Shown: positions 48,549 to 57,982, counted from the stretch's first letter. The stretch is 64,000 bases of DNA from an uncultured Alphaproteobacteria bacterium (GCA_944393245.1 CALXZM010000004.1:66942-130941); one strand, 5' to 3'. Translations and numbers: made by a program. The notes: generated by a model not told the origin, from the sequence alone.

Positions 48549-49235
48549 TCATCGTGTGCGCGCGCGGATAAAATTATCCAGTACCGGGCGCAGTTGCGCA
48601 AACACTTCATTAATTCCCATACGCGTGCCATCGTTGCGCATTTCGTCAACCACAGTCCATGTTTTTGGATTGGCGGCGGCTATCTGTTTATATACGTTTG
48701 ACACATCGTACAGTAATTTAAAATCACTTTCGTGAATGTCGGGACGACCATTTTGATACTGCTTTAACCCGGTGTGACGCATATTGTATGATATACGCGG
48801 GTCCAGATATAAATATATATTATGGTCTGGGCGAATTATGCCCATTTGATTAAATTCTAAATCTTCCATAAATTGGATTTTTTGCGCCCACTGGTCGCGC
48901 GGGTATTTTGCAACCGAAAAAGAATTGCTGTAAGTATACCTGTCCAATATAACCCATTTGCCGTCACGCAACCATTCAGCGATTTTGGGTTGATGCTGTA
49001 ACCTGTCCAATGCGTATGGCAACATAGTATATTCAGCGGGCAAATCACGCGTCGCGCCGAATTTGCCGTTTAAATAATCACGCACCAGCCGACCAAAAAA
49101 TGCATTATATTGTGGAAAATCCAGTGTTTCGGCCGCAATTCCGCGCGATTGCAAATATTTCATAATATTCATAACCTGGGTATGTTTACCGGCTTTATCG
49201 GTGCCTTCGACTGCAATCATATATCCATTGTTCAT
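48549..49235 (-). CDS. tmk: Thymidylate kinase
   Basis: EGTDKAGKHTQ P-loop, FPQY, ILDRYTYS, PD..IYL and HE.D motifs. Confidence 0.9.
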   Translation of the reverse strand: MNNGYMIAVEGTDKAGKHTQVMNIMKYLQSRGIAAETLDFPQYNAFFGRLVRDYLNGKFGATRDLPAEYTMLPYALDRLQHQPKIAEWLRDGKWVILDRYTYSNSFSVAKYPRDQWAQKIQFMEDLEFNQMGIIRPDHNIYLYLDPRISYNMRHTGLKQYQNGRPDIHESDFKLLYDVSNVYKQIAAANPKTWTVVDEMRNDGTRMGINEVFAQLRPVLDNFIRARTR

Positions 49236-49297
49236 AATAATCCCCTGTTTGTGTTTATAAAAAATGAAATCCCGCCACGGCGGGATTTTGATTTATT

Positions 49298-51379
49298 TTA
49301 ATCTTCCAGAAAGCTGCGCAGTTTGCGCGCACGTGTTGGATGTTTTAATTTATTCAGTGCCTTTTGTTCAATCTGACGAATACGTTCGCGTGTAACACCG
49401 ATGTATTCACCAACCTCTTCCAATGTGCTGGTTTTATTTGTACTCATCCCGAAACGCTGACGCAGAACGGTTTCTTCCTTGGGATCCAGTTCGGACAAAA
49501 TCTGGGTAACAATTTTACGCAGATTTTTCTGGGCCGCGGAAACGAACGGATTTTTAGCAGTTTCGTCCGCGATGATTTCAATACGACTGCTGTCATCTTC
49601 GGTGCCGACGGGGGCCTCTAATGAAATTGGTTTCAGATTTACCTTTAACGCCTTGTGAATTTTATCAACCGGCAGATAGATAATTTTTGATAATTCTTCG
49701 GGTGTGGGTTGACGGCCGTATTTATGCATAAATTGACGTGTGGCACGCTGAATTTTATGTATATTGTCAATCATATGCACTGGGATGCGGATTGTGCGGG
49801 CCTGGTCAGCGATACTGCGTGAAATACCCTGTTGAATCCAGTTTGTTGCATATGTTGAAAATTTATTACCCAAACGATAATCGAATTTATCCACCGCCTT
49901 CATCAGGCCAATATTACCGTCCTGGACCAAATCAGAAAAGTCCAATCCCAATCCGCGCGGGCTGTTCTTTTTGGCAAACTTTATTACCAGGCGCAGGTTG
50001 GCCTCTATCATTTCGCGCTTTGCACGGGCGGCTTCGGCCTGGCCACGACGAACCAATTCTACGACCTTTTTATATTCGGCGGTTGGTTGCCCTGTTTCGA
50101 CGGCGATTGCGGTTATGTCTTCTTGAATTTTTAAAATATCGTTTTCATGCTTTTTTGCAAAATTCGCCCAAGTCGGATTTTTGCTGCGCATTAACTTTTT
50201 AACCCAATTGCGGTTTATTTCATTCCCGGTGTATTCAGCCAAGAAATCTTCGCGTTTGATTTTATTCGCCATGGCCAAACGCAATAATTTACCTTCTAGT
50301 CCCATTAATAATTGGTCGCGTTTGGTTAATTGTTCCAAAATTTCTGCGATACGATCATCGTTCAGACGGATTTTGCTGACATATTCAAATAATTCCAGGC
50401 GCATTTTGGTGTACTTTTTTTCCAATGCTTCGTCTGGTTTGGATGATGCTTCCAAATTTTCCAAACGTTTTGCCTGTAATTTTTGCATATTGTTAAATAT
50501 GCGCTTTATCTTGCTGAATAAATCCATGACCATCGGCATCAGTGATTCTTCCATTACAGGAATTGGAACGCCAGATGTGCCACGTGGCGAATCTTCTTTT
50601 TTTATATCGCCATCTTCGTCATCGTCTTCTTCATCTTCGTCATCATCTGACATGGTTGATTCTTCTAAATCATCCAAATCTTCGTCGTCCAATTCATCAA
50701 CGTGTTCAACGCCCTTGGACTTTAATGTTTCAGATAATGCCGTCAATGATTTTTGTTCGGCGTCGCTGGAATACATAACTTCCAGATTTACAATATAACG
50801 CAGACGAATATCTTCGTTTAACAACTGTTGATACCAATCCAACATGGCCTGAATAGTCATTGGACTTTCGCACAGACCATATACCATTAAACGTGATGCA
50901 GCCTCTATACGTTGCGCAATGGCCACTTCGCCAGCGGCGGTTAATAATTGAACTGTACCAATTTGCTTTAAGTAAGATTGAACGGAATCCTGAACACCTA
51001 AAACCAGACTGCCCGTTTGGCTGCGTTCCAATTGTTTGGCATAATGTTCATAATCGTCATCGTTAACATCAACCTGTTCAGCATCAGAATGCAATAAATC
51101 ACGTGGTTTGTCCGCCGGGTCGTCGGAATCATCGTCATAATATTTTTCCATGCCCTGGGCATACGTGTCTGTTTCCAAAACTTCCAGTCCCAAATCCTGT
51201 TGAAAGAAATCCAGAACTTCTTCCTTTTCATCGGGTGGAACTTCGTCAGCGTCGGTTGCATCATCAAAATCTATTTTTGATAAATATCCGATTTCCACCG
51301 CGTTGGTGGCCAGTTTTTGTAAATTTTCTGGTAATGAATCAATCAATAACTTGGTTGCTTCGTCCAATTTCTTAGCCAT
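49298..51379 (-). CDS. rpoD: RNA polymerase primary sigma factor
   Basis: YLKQIG.VQLLT..GE, NLRLV, DLVQDGNIGLMKAVDKF, FSTYATNWI, QARTIRIPVHM and TRERIRQIE motifs. Confidence 0.97.
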   Translation of the reverse strand: MAKKLDEATKLLIDSLPENLQKLATNAVEIGYLSKIDFDDATDADEVPPDEKEEVLDFFQQDLGLEVLETDTYAQGMEKYYDDDSDDPADKPRDLLHSDAEQVDVNDDDYEHYAKQLERSQTGSLVLGVQDSVQSYLKQIGTVQLLTAAGEVAIAQRIEAASRLMVYGLCESPMTIQAMLDWYQQLLNEDIRLRYIVNLEVMYSSDAEQKSLTALSETLKSKGVEHVDELDDEDLDDLEESTMSDDDEDEEDDDEDGDIKKEDSPRGTSGVPIPVMEESLMPMVMDLFSKIKRIFNNMQKLQAKRLENLEASSKPDEALEKKYTKMRLELFEYVSKIRLNDDRIAEILEQLTKRDQLLMGLEGKLLRLAMANKIKREDFLAEYTGNEINRNWVKKLMRSKNPTWANFAKKHENDILKIQEDITAIAVETGQPTAEYKKVVELVRRGQAEAARAKREMIEANLRLVIKFAKKNSPRGLGLDFSDLVQDGNIGLMKAVDKFDYRLGNKFSTYATNWIQQGISRSIADQARTIRIPVHMIDNIHKIQRATRQFMHKYGRQPTPEELSKIIYLPVDKIHKALKVNLKPISLEAPVGTEDDSSRIEIIADETAKNPFVSAAQKNLRKIVTQILSELDPKEETVLRQRFGMSTNKTSTLEEVGEYIGVTRERIRQIEQKALNKLKHPTRARKLRSFLED

Positions 51380-51414
51380 AAACAAACCTTCCCGTGTATT
51401 TATTTTTTATTGCG

Positions 51415-51948
51415 TTATTTATTGTTTTGTGTTTTACGTGCCTTGGTAACGGCGTCATGCAATGCAGATTCCGATACCAACCCCAAAACAATCGGGCTTT
51501 GAATTTGAATTGCTGAATAAGATTTGTGTGTTTTGTTACGCACAGACGCAACCGTCGGATTCGTACTGCGCATCAGGCGCGCAATTTGACCGTCCGATAA
51601 TTCAGGATAATTTTTTAAAATCCATAAAATGCCACCCAAACGGTTTTGACGATGCAATTTTGGTGTGTATCCGACACCTTTTTTATTTTGCGCCTTTTGC
51701 GCCATAACGATTTCAGAACGCAATGTCAAACGTGCGTTTGGATCGGATTCACAACGTTCAATATCTTCACGGGTTAATTGACCATTTAAAATCGGATTTA
51801 AACCCTGGATTTTTGATGTTTCCGCATCAGCGATACTTTTAACCTCTAATTCATGCAGGCCGCAGAATTCAGCGATTTGTTCAAACGTCAATGACGTGTT
51901 TTCAATCAACCACAGCGCGGTGGATTTTGGCATATATGGGTAATTCAT
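51415..51948 (-). CDS. DUF1013-domain protein
   Basis: MPKSTALWLIENTSLTFEQIAEFCGLHELEV..IAD; YTP...RQNR; ELSDGQIARL. Confidence 0.9.
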   Translation of the reverse strand: MNYPYMPKSTALWLIENTSLTFEQIAEFCGLHELEVKSIADAETSKIQGLNPILNGQLTREDIERCESDPNARLTLRSEIVMAQKAQNKKGVGYTPKLHRQNRLGGILWILKNYPELSDGQIARLMRSTNPTVASVRNKTHKSYSAIQIQSPIVLGLVSESALHDAVTKARKTQNNK

Positions 51949-52051
51949 AGAACGTTCCTCTTGCTTGACGGGGTGTAATATATACCAAAATCCCCGTTAT
52001 TTCAAGCCTTTTTTGTATAAAATTTTATACAAATTGACGTCTGGACGTTTT

Positions 52052-53470
52052 TTATATTTTTTTGACCAATTTCACCCCGTCGCGCGTGTCGATAACTGTC
52101 CAGCCGGCGGCATCAATTTGCGCGCGTAATTCGTCGGCACGCGCCCAATCTTTGGCCGCCTTGGCCGCGGTGCGCGCATCCGCCAAGGCAACTATTTCGA
52201 CCGGTGCGGCTTCTGATTCTGCATCATTTAACTTTTTCGCACGGTCAATGAATTGCAATCCCAACAGACGGTCAATAAATTCAAACAAAGCTGCTTTTGT
52301 TGCGGCATCAGTGTCGGTGTCTTTTAACAATTCGTGTACAATCACCAATGTTTCAGCAGTTTTCATATTGTCAGATATTGTATTTAATATTTTATCATGC
52401 CATGCGTTAAATGTATCTTGGTTGATTTGAACAGAATTCGCATTTTTTAACAATTCTGCCACTTTGCGTACAATAGATTTATAACCTGTGCTGGCGGCAT
52501 CCAATGCGTCAAAAGAAAAATCCTGCGGTTGACGATAATGCCCCATCAACAGCATATACCGAAATGCCATTGGATCGTATCCACGGTCTATTAAATCTTG
52601 AACAGTTAAGAAATCACCAGACGATTTAGACATTTTGCCGTCTTTGGATAACAACCATTCGTAATGAACCCAATAATTGACCCATGGTTTGCCAACGATT
52701 GGTTCGCTTTGTGCGATTTCATCGGTATGATGAACCTTGATATGTTCTTGACCACCAACATGGATGTCAAAATGCGGCCCCAGGTATTTCATACTCATCG
52801 CACTGCATTCAATGTGCCACCCAGGGAACCCAATGCCCCAAGGACTGTCCCATTCCATGTCGCGTTTTTTATCTGTTGGTGAAAATTTCCACAACGCGAA
52901 ATCAGTCGGATTTTTTTTGCCACTGTCATCAATTCGTGCGCCACCGCGTAATTCAGATAAATTTTGACCACCCAATGCACCGTAATCTGGGAATTTGCTG
53001 GTATCATAGTATATGCCATTACCAGGAATTTCGTATGTATAACCTAATTTTTCCAGTTGTTTTATTAGGTCTATTTGTTCGGGGATGTTATCTGTCGCAC
53101 GTGGCATAACCGTTGGACGGATGATATTTAATGAATCTATGTCACGCAAAAAAGAATCTATATATTTTTGCGCGATATCCCATACAGACATCTTTTCGCG
53201 GGCGGCCCCTTTTTCCATTTTGTCTTCCCCAGTATCTTCATCACTGGTTAAATGGCCAACGTCGGTTATATTTATAACATGGCGGACATCGTATCCATTT
53301 TCAATAAACATACGTTTCAAAATATCACTGACTACAAAAGCGCGCATATTACCAATATGCTGATCCCAATAAACCGTTGGACCGCATGAATAAAACCCCA
53401 TTTTGCCGGGAACCAATGGTTTGAATTCTTCTGTTTTGCGGGTCATGGTATTAAATAATCTGATTATCAT
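52052..53470 (-). CDS. cysS: Cysteine--tRNA ligase
   Basis: YSCGPTVY..HIGN, NITDVGH, DFALWK, SPWG.GFPGWHIECSAM and KMSKS motifs. Confidence 0.98.
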   Translation of the reverse strand: MIIRLFNTMTRKTEEFKPLVPGKMGFYSCGPTVYWDQHIGNMRAFVVSDILKRMFIENGYDVRHVINITDVGHLTSDEDTGEDKMEKGAAREKMSVWDIAQKYIDSFLRDIDSLNIIRPTVMPRATDNIPEQIDLIKQLEKLGYTYEIPGNGIYYDTSKFPDYGALGGQNLSELRGGARIDDSGKKNPTDFALWKFSPTDKKRDMEWDSPWGIGFPGWHIECSAMSMKYLGPHFDIHVGGQEHIKVHHTDEIAQSEPIVGKPWVNYWVHYEWLLSKDGKMSKSSGDFLTVQDLIDRGYDPMAFRYMLLMGHYRQPQDFSFDALDAASTGYKSIVRKVAELLKNANSVQINQDTFNAWHDKILNTISDNMKTAETLVIVHELLKDTDTDAATKAALFEFIDRLLGLQFIDRAKKLNDAESEAAPVEIVALADARTAAKAAKDWARADELRAQIDAAGWTVIDTRDGVKLVKKI

Positions 53471-53521
53471 ATGCGTGTCCTTTGATGATTGATATAAAAA
53501 TGATAGTTAAATGGAAAAAAT

Positions 53522-53596
53522 ATTGCAAACGAAAACGTTTGCCAAAACGACAATTCAGCGCCAACAACAGTAAAAATCAATAAATCTGATTGTCAT
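53522..53596 (-). promoter_or_regulatory. Candidate Cys-codon attenuator (uORF MTIRFIDFYCCWR + hairpin) before cysS
   Basis: ORF 53596-53555; hairpin gcaaacg/cgtttgc followed by a U-rich run. Confidence 0.4.
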
Positions 53597-53614
53597 TGTA
53601 ATAAAACACAATCC

Positions 53615-53703
53615 TGGCGGAGCGTATAGGACTCGAACCTATGGACCGCTAAAACACGGTCACAGATTAGCAATCTGCTGCATTACCACTCTGCCAACGC
53701 TCC
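53615..53703 (-). tRNA. tRNA-Ser(GCT)
   Basis: GGAGCGT acceptor stem, anticodon loop TTGCTAA, long variable arm, GGTTCGAGTCC, encoded CCA. Confidence 0.96.
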
Positions 53704-53724
53704 GCGTGGTTGCAGGGGGTATTA

Positions 53725-53753
53725 TACAGAAACACAAATTTAAATGCAAGTCA
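53725..53753 (-). promoter_or_regulatory. sigma70 promoter of tRNA-Ser(GCT)
   Basis: TTGCAT-N17-TATAAT on the minus strand. Confidence 0.75.
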
Positions 53754-54143
53754 GAAATAACCGCCAACGAAACAAAAATTCACCCCCGACATTGAACACC
53801 GTCGCCCCAGGAACATGTTCTGCTGTGCTTTCTGATAATGTGATGACGCATTCACATCAAATCCATAGGAATATGGATTCACAGGGCCTGGGGAACCCCA
53901 TAACAAACCGATGCAGTGATGCATTGTTATCCGATATAATGGTGCACCTGCATCGTTATATCCCCGAAAAATGTCGGGGTGTGTTGGGAATAGAACACGG
54001 GAAACCGAAATACCAACAGGTCATTAGTTTGTTATGATTTTTCTGGCACCCCGACCACCATTTTAGTGTGGTCGATTTTTATTCCGTGTCACCGTATGAT
54101 AGAGAAAAAGTTCTCTATCCTATGGCATATGGTGGAATGGAAT

Positions 54144-54171
54144 AAAAAAAACGCCCAAACGGGCGTTTTTT
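54144..54171. terminator. Terminator after accD-accA fusion
   Basis: aaaaaaaacgccc-aaac-gggcgtttttt. Confidence 0.8.
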
Positions 54172-55912
54172 ATTTATCGTCGGCGTCATGGTCGGGCGCA
54201 CAAAAATCAACATCACGCGTCATGGCCAGAAATTTTTCTGCACGACGGGCCGGCAATTCATTAACCGGGATTTTTTGCAAATCTGTGATTTGTTCCGACA
54301 CAGCCGTGGCCAACAATTCCATTGTTGTTTGCCAATCGGTATGGGCACCACCCGCAGGTTCGTCCACTATCTGGTCAATAACATTCAATTCCGCCATATC
54401 GCGCGCGGTCAATTTCATTGCCGCAGCGGCCGTGGCCTTGAACTTGTTATCTTTCCACAGAATGCTGGCACAGGATTCAGGGGCAATCACTGAATAAATC
54501 GTGTTTTCCAACATTAAAACGCGATCCCCGGTACCAATTGCAATTGCGCCGCCACTGCCGCCCTCGCCCACGTTGACGGCAACGTATGGCGTTTTGATTG
54601 ACAATCCCGTTGCAATTGATGATGCAACGGCCTGGGACTGGCCACGTTCTTCGGCGGCACTGCCCGCGAACGCGCCCGCCGTATCAAACAATGTTATAAC
54701 CGGCAAATTTAATTTTTCTGCCAAACGCATTAAACGTTGCGCCTTGCGATAACCTTCGGGATTGGGCATTCCAAAGCGATGAAATTGGCGGGTTTCTATA
54801 TCACGACCCTTTTCCTGGCCAATTATGACGGCCGGAATATCACGCCAATAACCAATACCACCACACATGGCTGGATCTTCACCAAACAAACGGTCGCCCG
54901 CCAAATATGTCCAATCTTCGACTATGCCATTTATATAGTCCAAGAAATGCGGACGGTTTTCATTACGGGCCAATAAAACCTTGTCATATGCATCTGTTTC
55001 GCCCATACCACGGACCTTTTTGTTGTCGTGTGTCGGGGTTGTAATATTAATTGCATGTGGTTTGTGGGGCTGTTTGGTCAAAACAGATAATATTTTTTCC
55101 AATTTGCCCTTTAATTCGTCACGCGGGACAACCATATCAACCATACCATGTTCATACAGGTATTCTGCCGTTTGGAAATTAGACGGTAATTTTTCACGAA
55201 TGTTTTGTTCAATAACACGACGGCCCGCAAAACCAATACGTGCGCCCTTTTCCGCAATATGAATGTCGCCCAACATCGCAAATGATGCCGTTACACCACC
55301 AAATGTCGGATCTGTCAATAATACGATGTATGGAATGCCATTTTCATGCAGTTTATTAACAGCAACGGTTGTGCGCGCCATTTGCATTAATGACAATATG
55401 TTTTCCTGCATACGTGCACCGCCACTGCATGTGACCATAATAAATGGTTGACGTTTGTCAATTGCGTGTTCCATGCTGGCGACGATGCCGTCCCCGGCCG
55501 CACGCCCCATGGATCCCAACATAAAATCACCATTCAAAACACATATGGTCGTCGGAATACCGCCAATCACACCGTCTGCCGTGGTGATGGCGTCGTTGTA
55601 CCCTGTTTCAGTACGTGCCTCTGCCAGGCGGTCTTTATACGATTTACGGTCAACAAAATTCAGCGGATCGTCCGTAACAACCGGTAATTTTAAACGTTCC
55701 CATTCATTATTATCAAACAACAAATCAAAACGTTGTTTGGGCGTCATGATAAATGCACGACCACAGCGTGGGCAAATATAATGATTTGTTTTGTAATCTT
55801 TGTAATATACCAAATGGCCGCACGATTCACACTTTATCCACATCAATCGACGAATGCGGTCATAGCGTTCGCGATTGCGATTTTTTATGCCTGCTCTTTT
55901 ACCAAATAACAT
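54170..55912 (-). CDS. Acetyl-CoA carboxylase carboxyltransferase, beta-alpha (AccD-AccA) fusion
   Basis: WIKCESC...CPRC Zn ribbon, GSMG, SGGARMQE, PTFGGVTASFA (AccD), then RP..LDYI, FGMPNPEGYRKAQR, GEGGSGGA, YSVIAPESCASILW (AccA) in one frame. Confidence 0.95.
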   Translation of the reverse strand: MLFGKRAGIKNRNRERYDRIRRLMWIKCESCGHLVYYKDYKTNHYICPRCGRAFIMTPKQRFDLLFDNNEWERLKLPVVTDDPLNFVDRKSYKDRLAEARTETGYNDAITTADGVIGGIPTTICVLNGDFMLGSMGRAAGDGIVASMEHAIDKRQPFIMVTCSGGARMQENILSLMQMARTTVAVNKLHENGIPYIVLLTDPTFGGVTASFAMLGDIHIAEKGARIGFAGRRVIEQNIREKLPSNFQTAEYLYEHGMVDMVVPRDELKGKLEKILSVLTKQPHKPHAINITTPTHDNKKVRGMGETDAYDKVLLARNENRPHFLDYINGIVEDWTYLAGDRLFGEDPAMCGGIGYWRDIPAVIIGQEKGRDIETRQFHRFGMPNPEGYRKAQRLMRLAEKLNLPVITLFDTAGAFAGSAAEERGQSQAVASSIATGLSIKTPYVAVNVGEGGSGGAIAIGTGDRVLMLENTIYSVIAPESCASILWKDNKFKATAAAAMKLTARDMAELNVIDQIVDEPAGGAHTDWQTTMELLATAVSEQITDLQKIPVNELPARRAEKFLAMTRDVDFCAPDHDADDK

Positions 55913-55913
55913 C

Positions 55914-56195
55914 TTATTGCTCGTTCATTTTTTTTGTTAATTCACGGCTGGGTTTGAACAAAATAGTCGTACTGGCGTCCAAATGCATTGGTTGACCAGT
56001 GCATGGGTTATATCCTATCTTGGTCGCGCGCGCGCGTGGTTGAAACGTGCCGAAACCACGAACCTCTATCCTGTTGCCATTCGCCACAGATTCCATCATT
56101 TGGTCCGCAACCGTATCCAATATGGCGGCCGCATCCGTGGCACGCATGTGTTTGAATTGAACCTGAATAGATCGTACAATGTCAGAACGTTTCAT
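55914..56195 (-). CDS. ihfB: Integration host factor beta / HU-family protein
   Basis: MKRSDI...GNRIEVRGFGTF..R.R....GYNP.TG...FKPS.EL. Confidence 0.85.
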   Translation of the reverse strand: MKRSDIVRSIQVQFKHMRATDAAAILDTVADQMMESVANGNRIEVRGFGTFQPRARATKIGYNPCTGQPMHLDASTTILFKPSRELTKKMNEQ

Positions 56196-56317
56196 CTTTT
56201 ATATCCTTTGTTTTAATCATTATTATTTATTTATGAAATCATTTTATCAAGAACAAAGTTTTTTATAACAAAAAAATTGGGCGACACAATAAGTGTCGCC
56301 CTTATATTAAATCTGGA

Positions 56318-57046
56318 CTAGAAACTATACCGCATACCAAATAAAAATTCATGCGAATATATGTCGGAATCTGATTCTATGTACGGGTTATTTGGGACCG
56401 CACCACCAAATTCCATGTCTGTGCCACCATAATCAGTAAATCTGTATCCTGCATCAATCGTTAAACGCGTGGTTGCAGCATATGACACACCGGCACCCAA
56501 CTGAAATGCAAAATTACTGGCATTATCATTGCGGGAAATATTCATGCGTCCACCATTCGGTAATTCTGTGTGCATGGTTACGTCACTGCGCGTATATGCG
56601 TATCCAATACCACCACCAACGTATGGGACCAAACGATAGCCTAAATCCCAATCAAAATACACATTTAACATTGCGGTATATGCAGATGTTTTTATATCAT
56701 AATCCATAATAACAGGTGTATATGCAATAAACATGTTGCCTGTGTCTGATGTGGATGTTTCCAGCATACCACCCAATTCCAATTCTGTGCGAACACGGCC
56801 ATATTTAATTGGCATTCCCAAACCATATGCAATCTTGCCCCCCAGCAAAAAATCTGACGTATCAAATTCAGATTCACCGTAATATCGTGTGGGGGTTGAT
56901 GTTATGTACAAAACATCTGTTTCAATATCATTGTTCATTATACCAATTCCCACACGCAATGCGGCATATTGATTCCAATTGGACGGCAACGCATTTGCAG
57001 CACCACATGTGCAAATTGTTGCTGAAATTATTAACAGTTTTTTCAT
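56318..57046 (-). CDS. Outer-membrane beta-barrel protein (Omp25/opacity-like)
   Basis: Signal peptide, N.Y.D...RLVPYVGGGIG, FAFQLGAGVSY, DAGYRF, terminal MRYSF. Confidence 0.88.
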   Translation of the reverse strand: MKKLLIISATICTCGAANALPSNWNQYAALRVGIGIMNNDIETDVLYITSTPTRYYGESEFDTSDFLLGGKIAYGLGMPIKYGRVRTELELGGMLETSTSDTGNMFIAYTPVIMDYDIKTSAYTAMLNVYFDWDLGYRLVPYVGGGIGYAYTRSDVTMHTELPNGGRMNISRNDNASNFAFQLGAGVSYAATTRLTIDAGYRFTDYGGTDMEFGGAVPNNPYIESDSDIYSHEFLFGMRYSF

Positions 57047-57179
57047 AATGTTCCCCCCCCATAATTATATTATATGGTTCATTATAATCTGTAACCACAT
57101 GCATAACCATAAGATTATACACCTGTATATTATCATGCCCCAGATACATATAATAAAAATCGCAACCAAAGGAGATTTT

Positions 57180-57956
57180 ATGCATAACTTTTTTGAACAT
57201 TGTGGATGTGGCGAATGCGATAATATGCATGATGATATGTCACATATGCCGTTGATTGGTGATATGGCACCTGAATTTATCGCAGAAACAACAAATGGCG
57301 AAATTCATTTCCCCAGTGACTATACAGGCAAATGGGTGGTGCTGTTTTCACATCCTGCGGATTTTACCCCGGTATGCACAACTGAATTTATGGCTTTTCA
57401 ATCAATAATGGATAAACTGCATGAATTAAATACTGAACTGGTTGGGTTGTCCGTTGGAACACTGACCGGGCATTTGGCATGGATAGACGCCATACGTAAT
57501 ATAAAATATCGTGGCTGGGAAAATGTTAATATTTCGTTTCCGATAATAGACGATATGAACATGCAAATAGCAAAAAAGTACGGCATGATTCACCCAAACG
57601 CATCTGATTCCAAGGCCGTGCGTGCAGTATTTGTTATTGATCCGACGGGTAAAATACGCGCAATTTTATATTATCCATTGACCACAGGACGCAATATGGA
57701 TGAAATTTTGCGATTGTTAATGGCATTGCAAACAACCGACAATTTTGGCGTTTCCACACCGGCTGATTGGCAACCGGGCGACGACGTGTTGGTTGGTGCG
57801 CCTGCCACAACCACAGAAATGCACAAACGTATTAATAACCCTGATACAGGATTAGATGTAAAAGCATGGTTTTTATCGTTCAAACCGTTATCAGCAGACA
57901 CAATTATGAACCGAATACAAACCAAACAATCAGCAAAGAAAAATACTAAAAAATAA
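57180..57956 (+). CDS. Peroxiredoxin (Prx6/1-Cys type) with His/Cys-rich N-terminal extension
   Basis: FSHPADFTPVCTTEF, VRAVFVID, YYPLTTGRN and TPADWQPG motifs; RBS aaggag before ATG 57180. Confidence 0.92.
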   Translation: MHNFFEHCGCGECDNMHDDMSHMPLIGDMAPEFIAETTNGEIHFPSDYTGKWVVLFSHPADFTPVCTTEFMAFQSIMDKLHELNTELVGLSVGTLTGHLAWIDAIRNIKYRGWENVNISFPIIDDMNMQIAKKYGMIHPNASDSKAVRAVFVIDPTGKIRAILYYPLTTGRNMDEILRLLMALQTTDNFGVSTPADWQPGDDVLVGAPATTTEMHKRINNPDTGLDVKAWFLSFKPLSADTIMNRIQTKQSAKKNTKK

Positions 57957-57982
57957 AAACAACGGGGCGTTTGCCCCGTTTC
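57955..57982. terminator. Terminator (ACGGGGC-N4-GCCCCGT family)
   Basis: aacggggc-gttt-gccccgttt. Confidence 0.75.

Noticed and set aside
53526-53570. gcaaacgaaaac... resembling a tmRNA tag start (ANEN)
   Set aside because: No tRNA-like acceptor or T-arm pieces nearby; it is the reverse strand of the hairpin upstream of cysS.
53744-54037. 97-aa plus-strand ORF
   Set aside because: It starts inside the tRNA promoter, has no RBS or motif, and the region is better explained by RNA structure.
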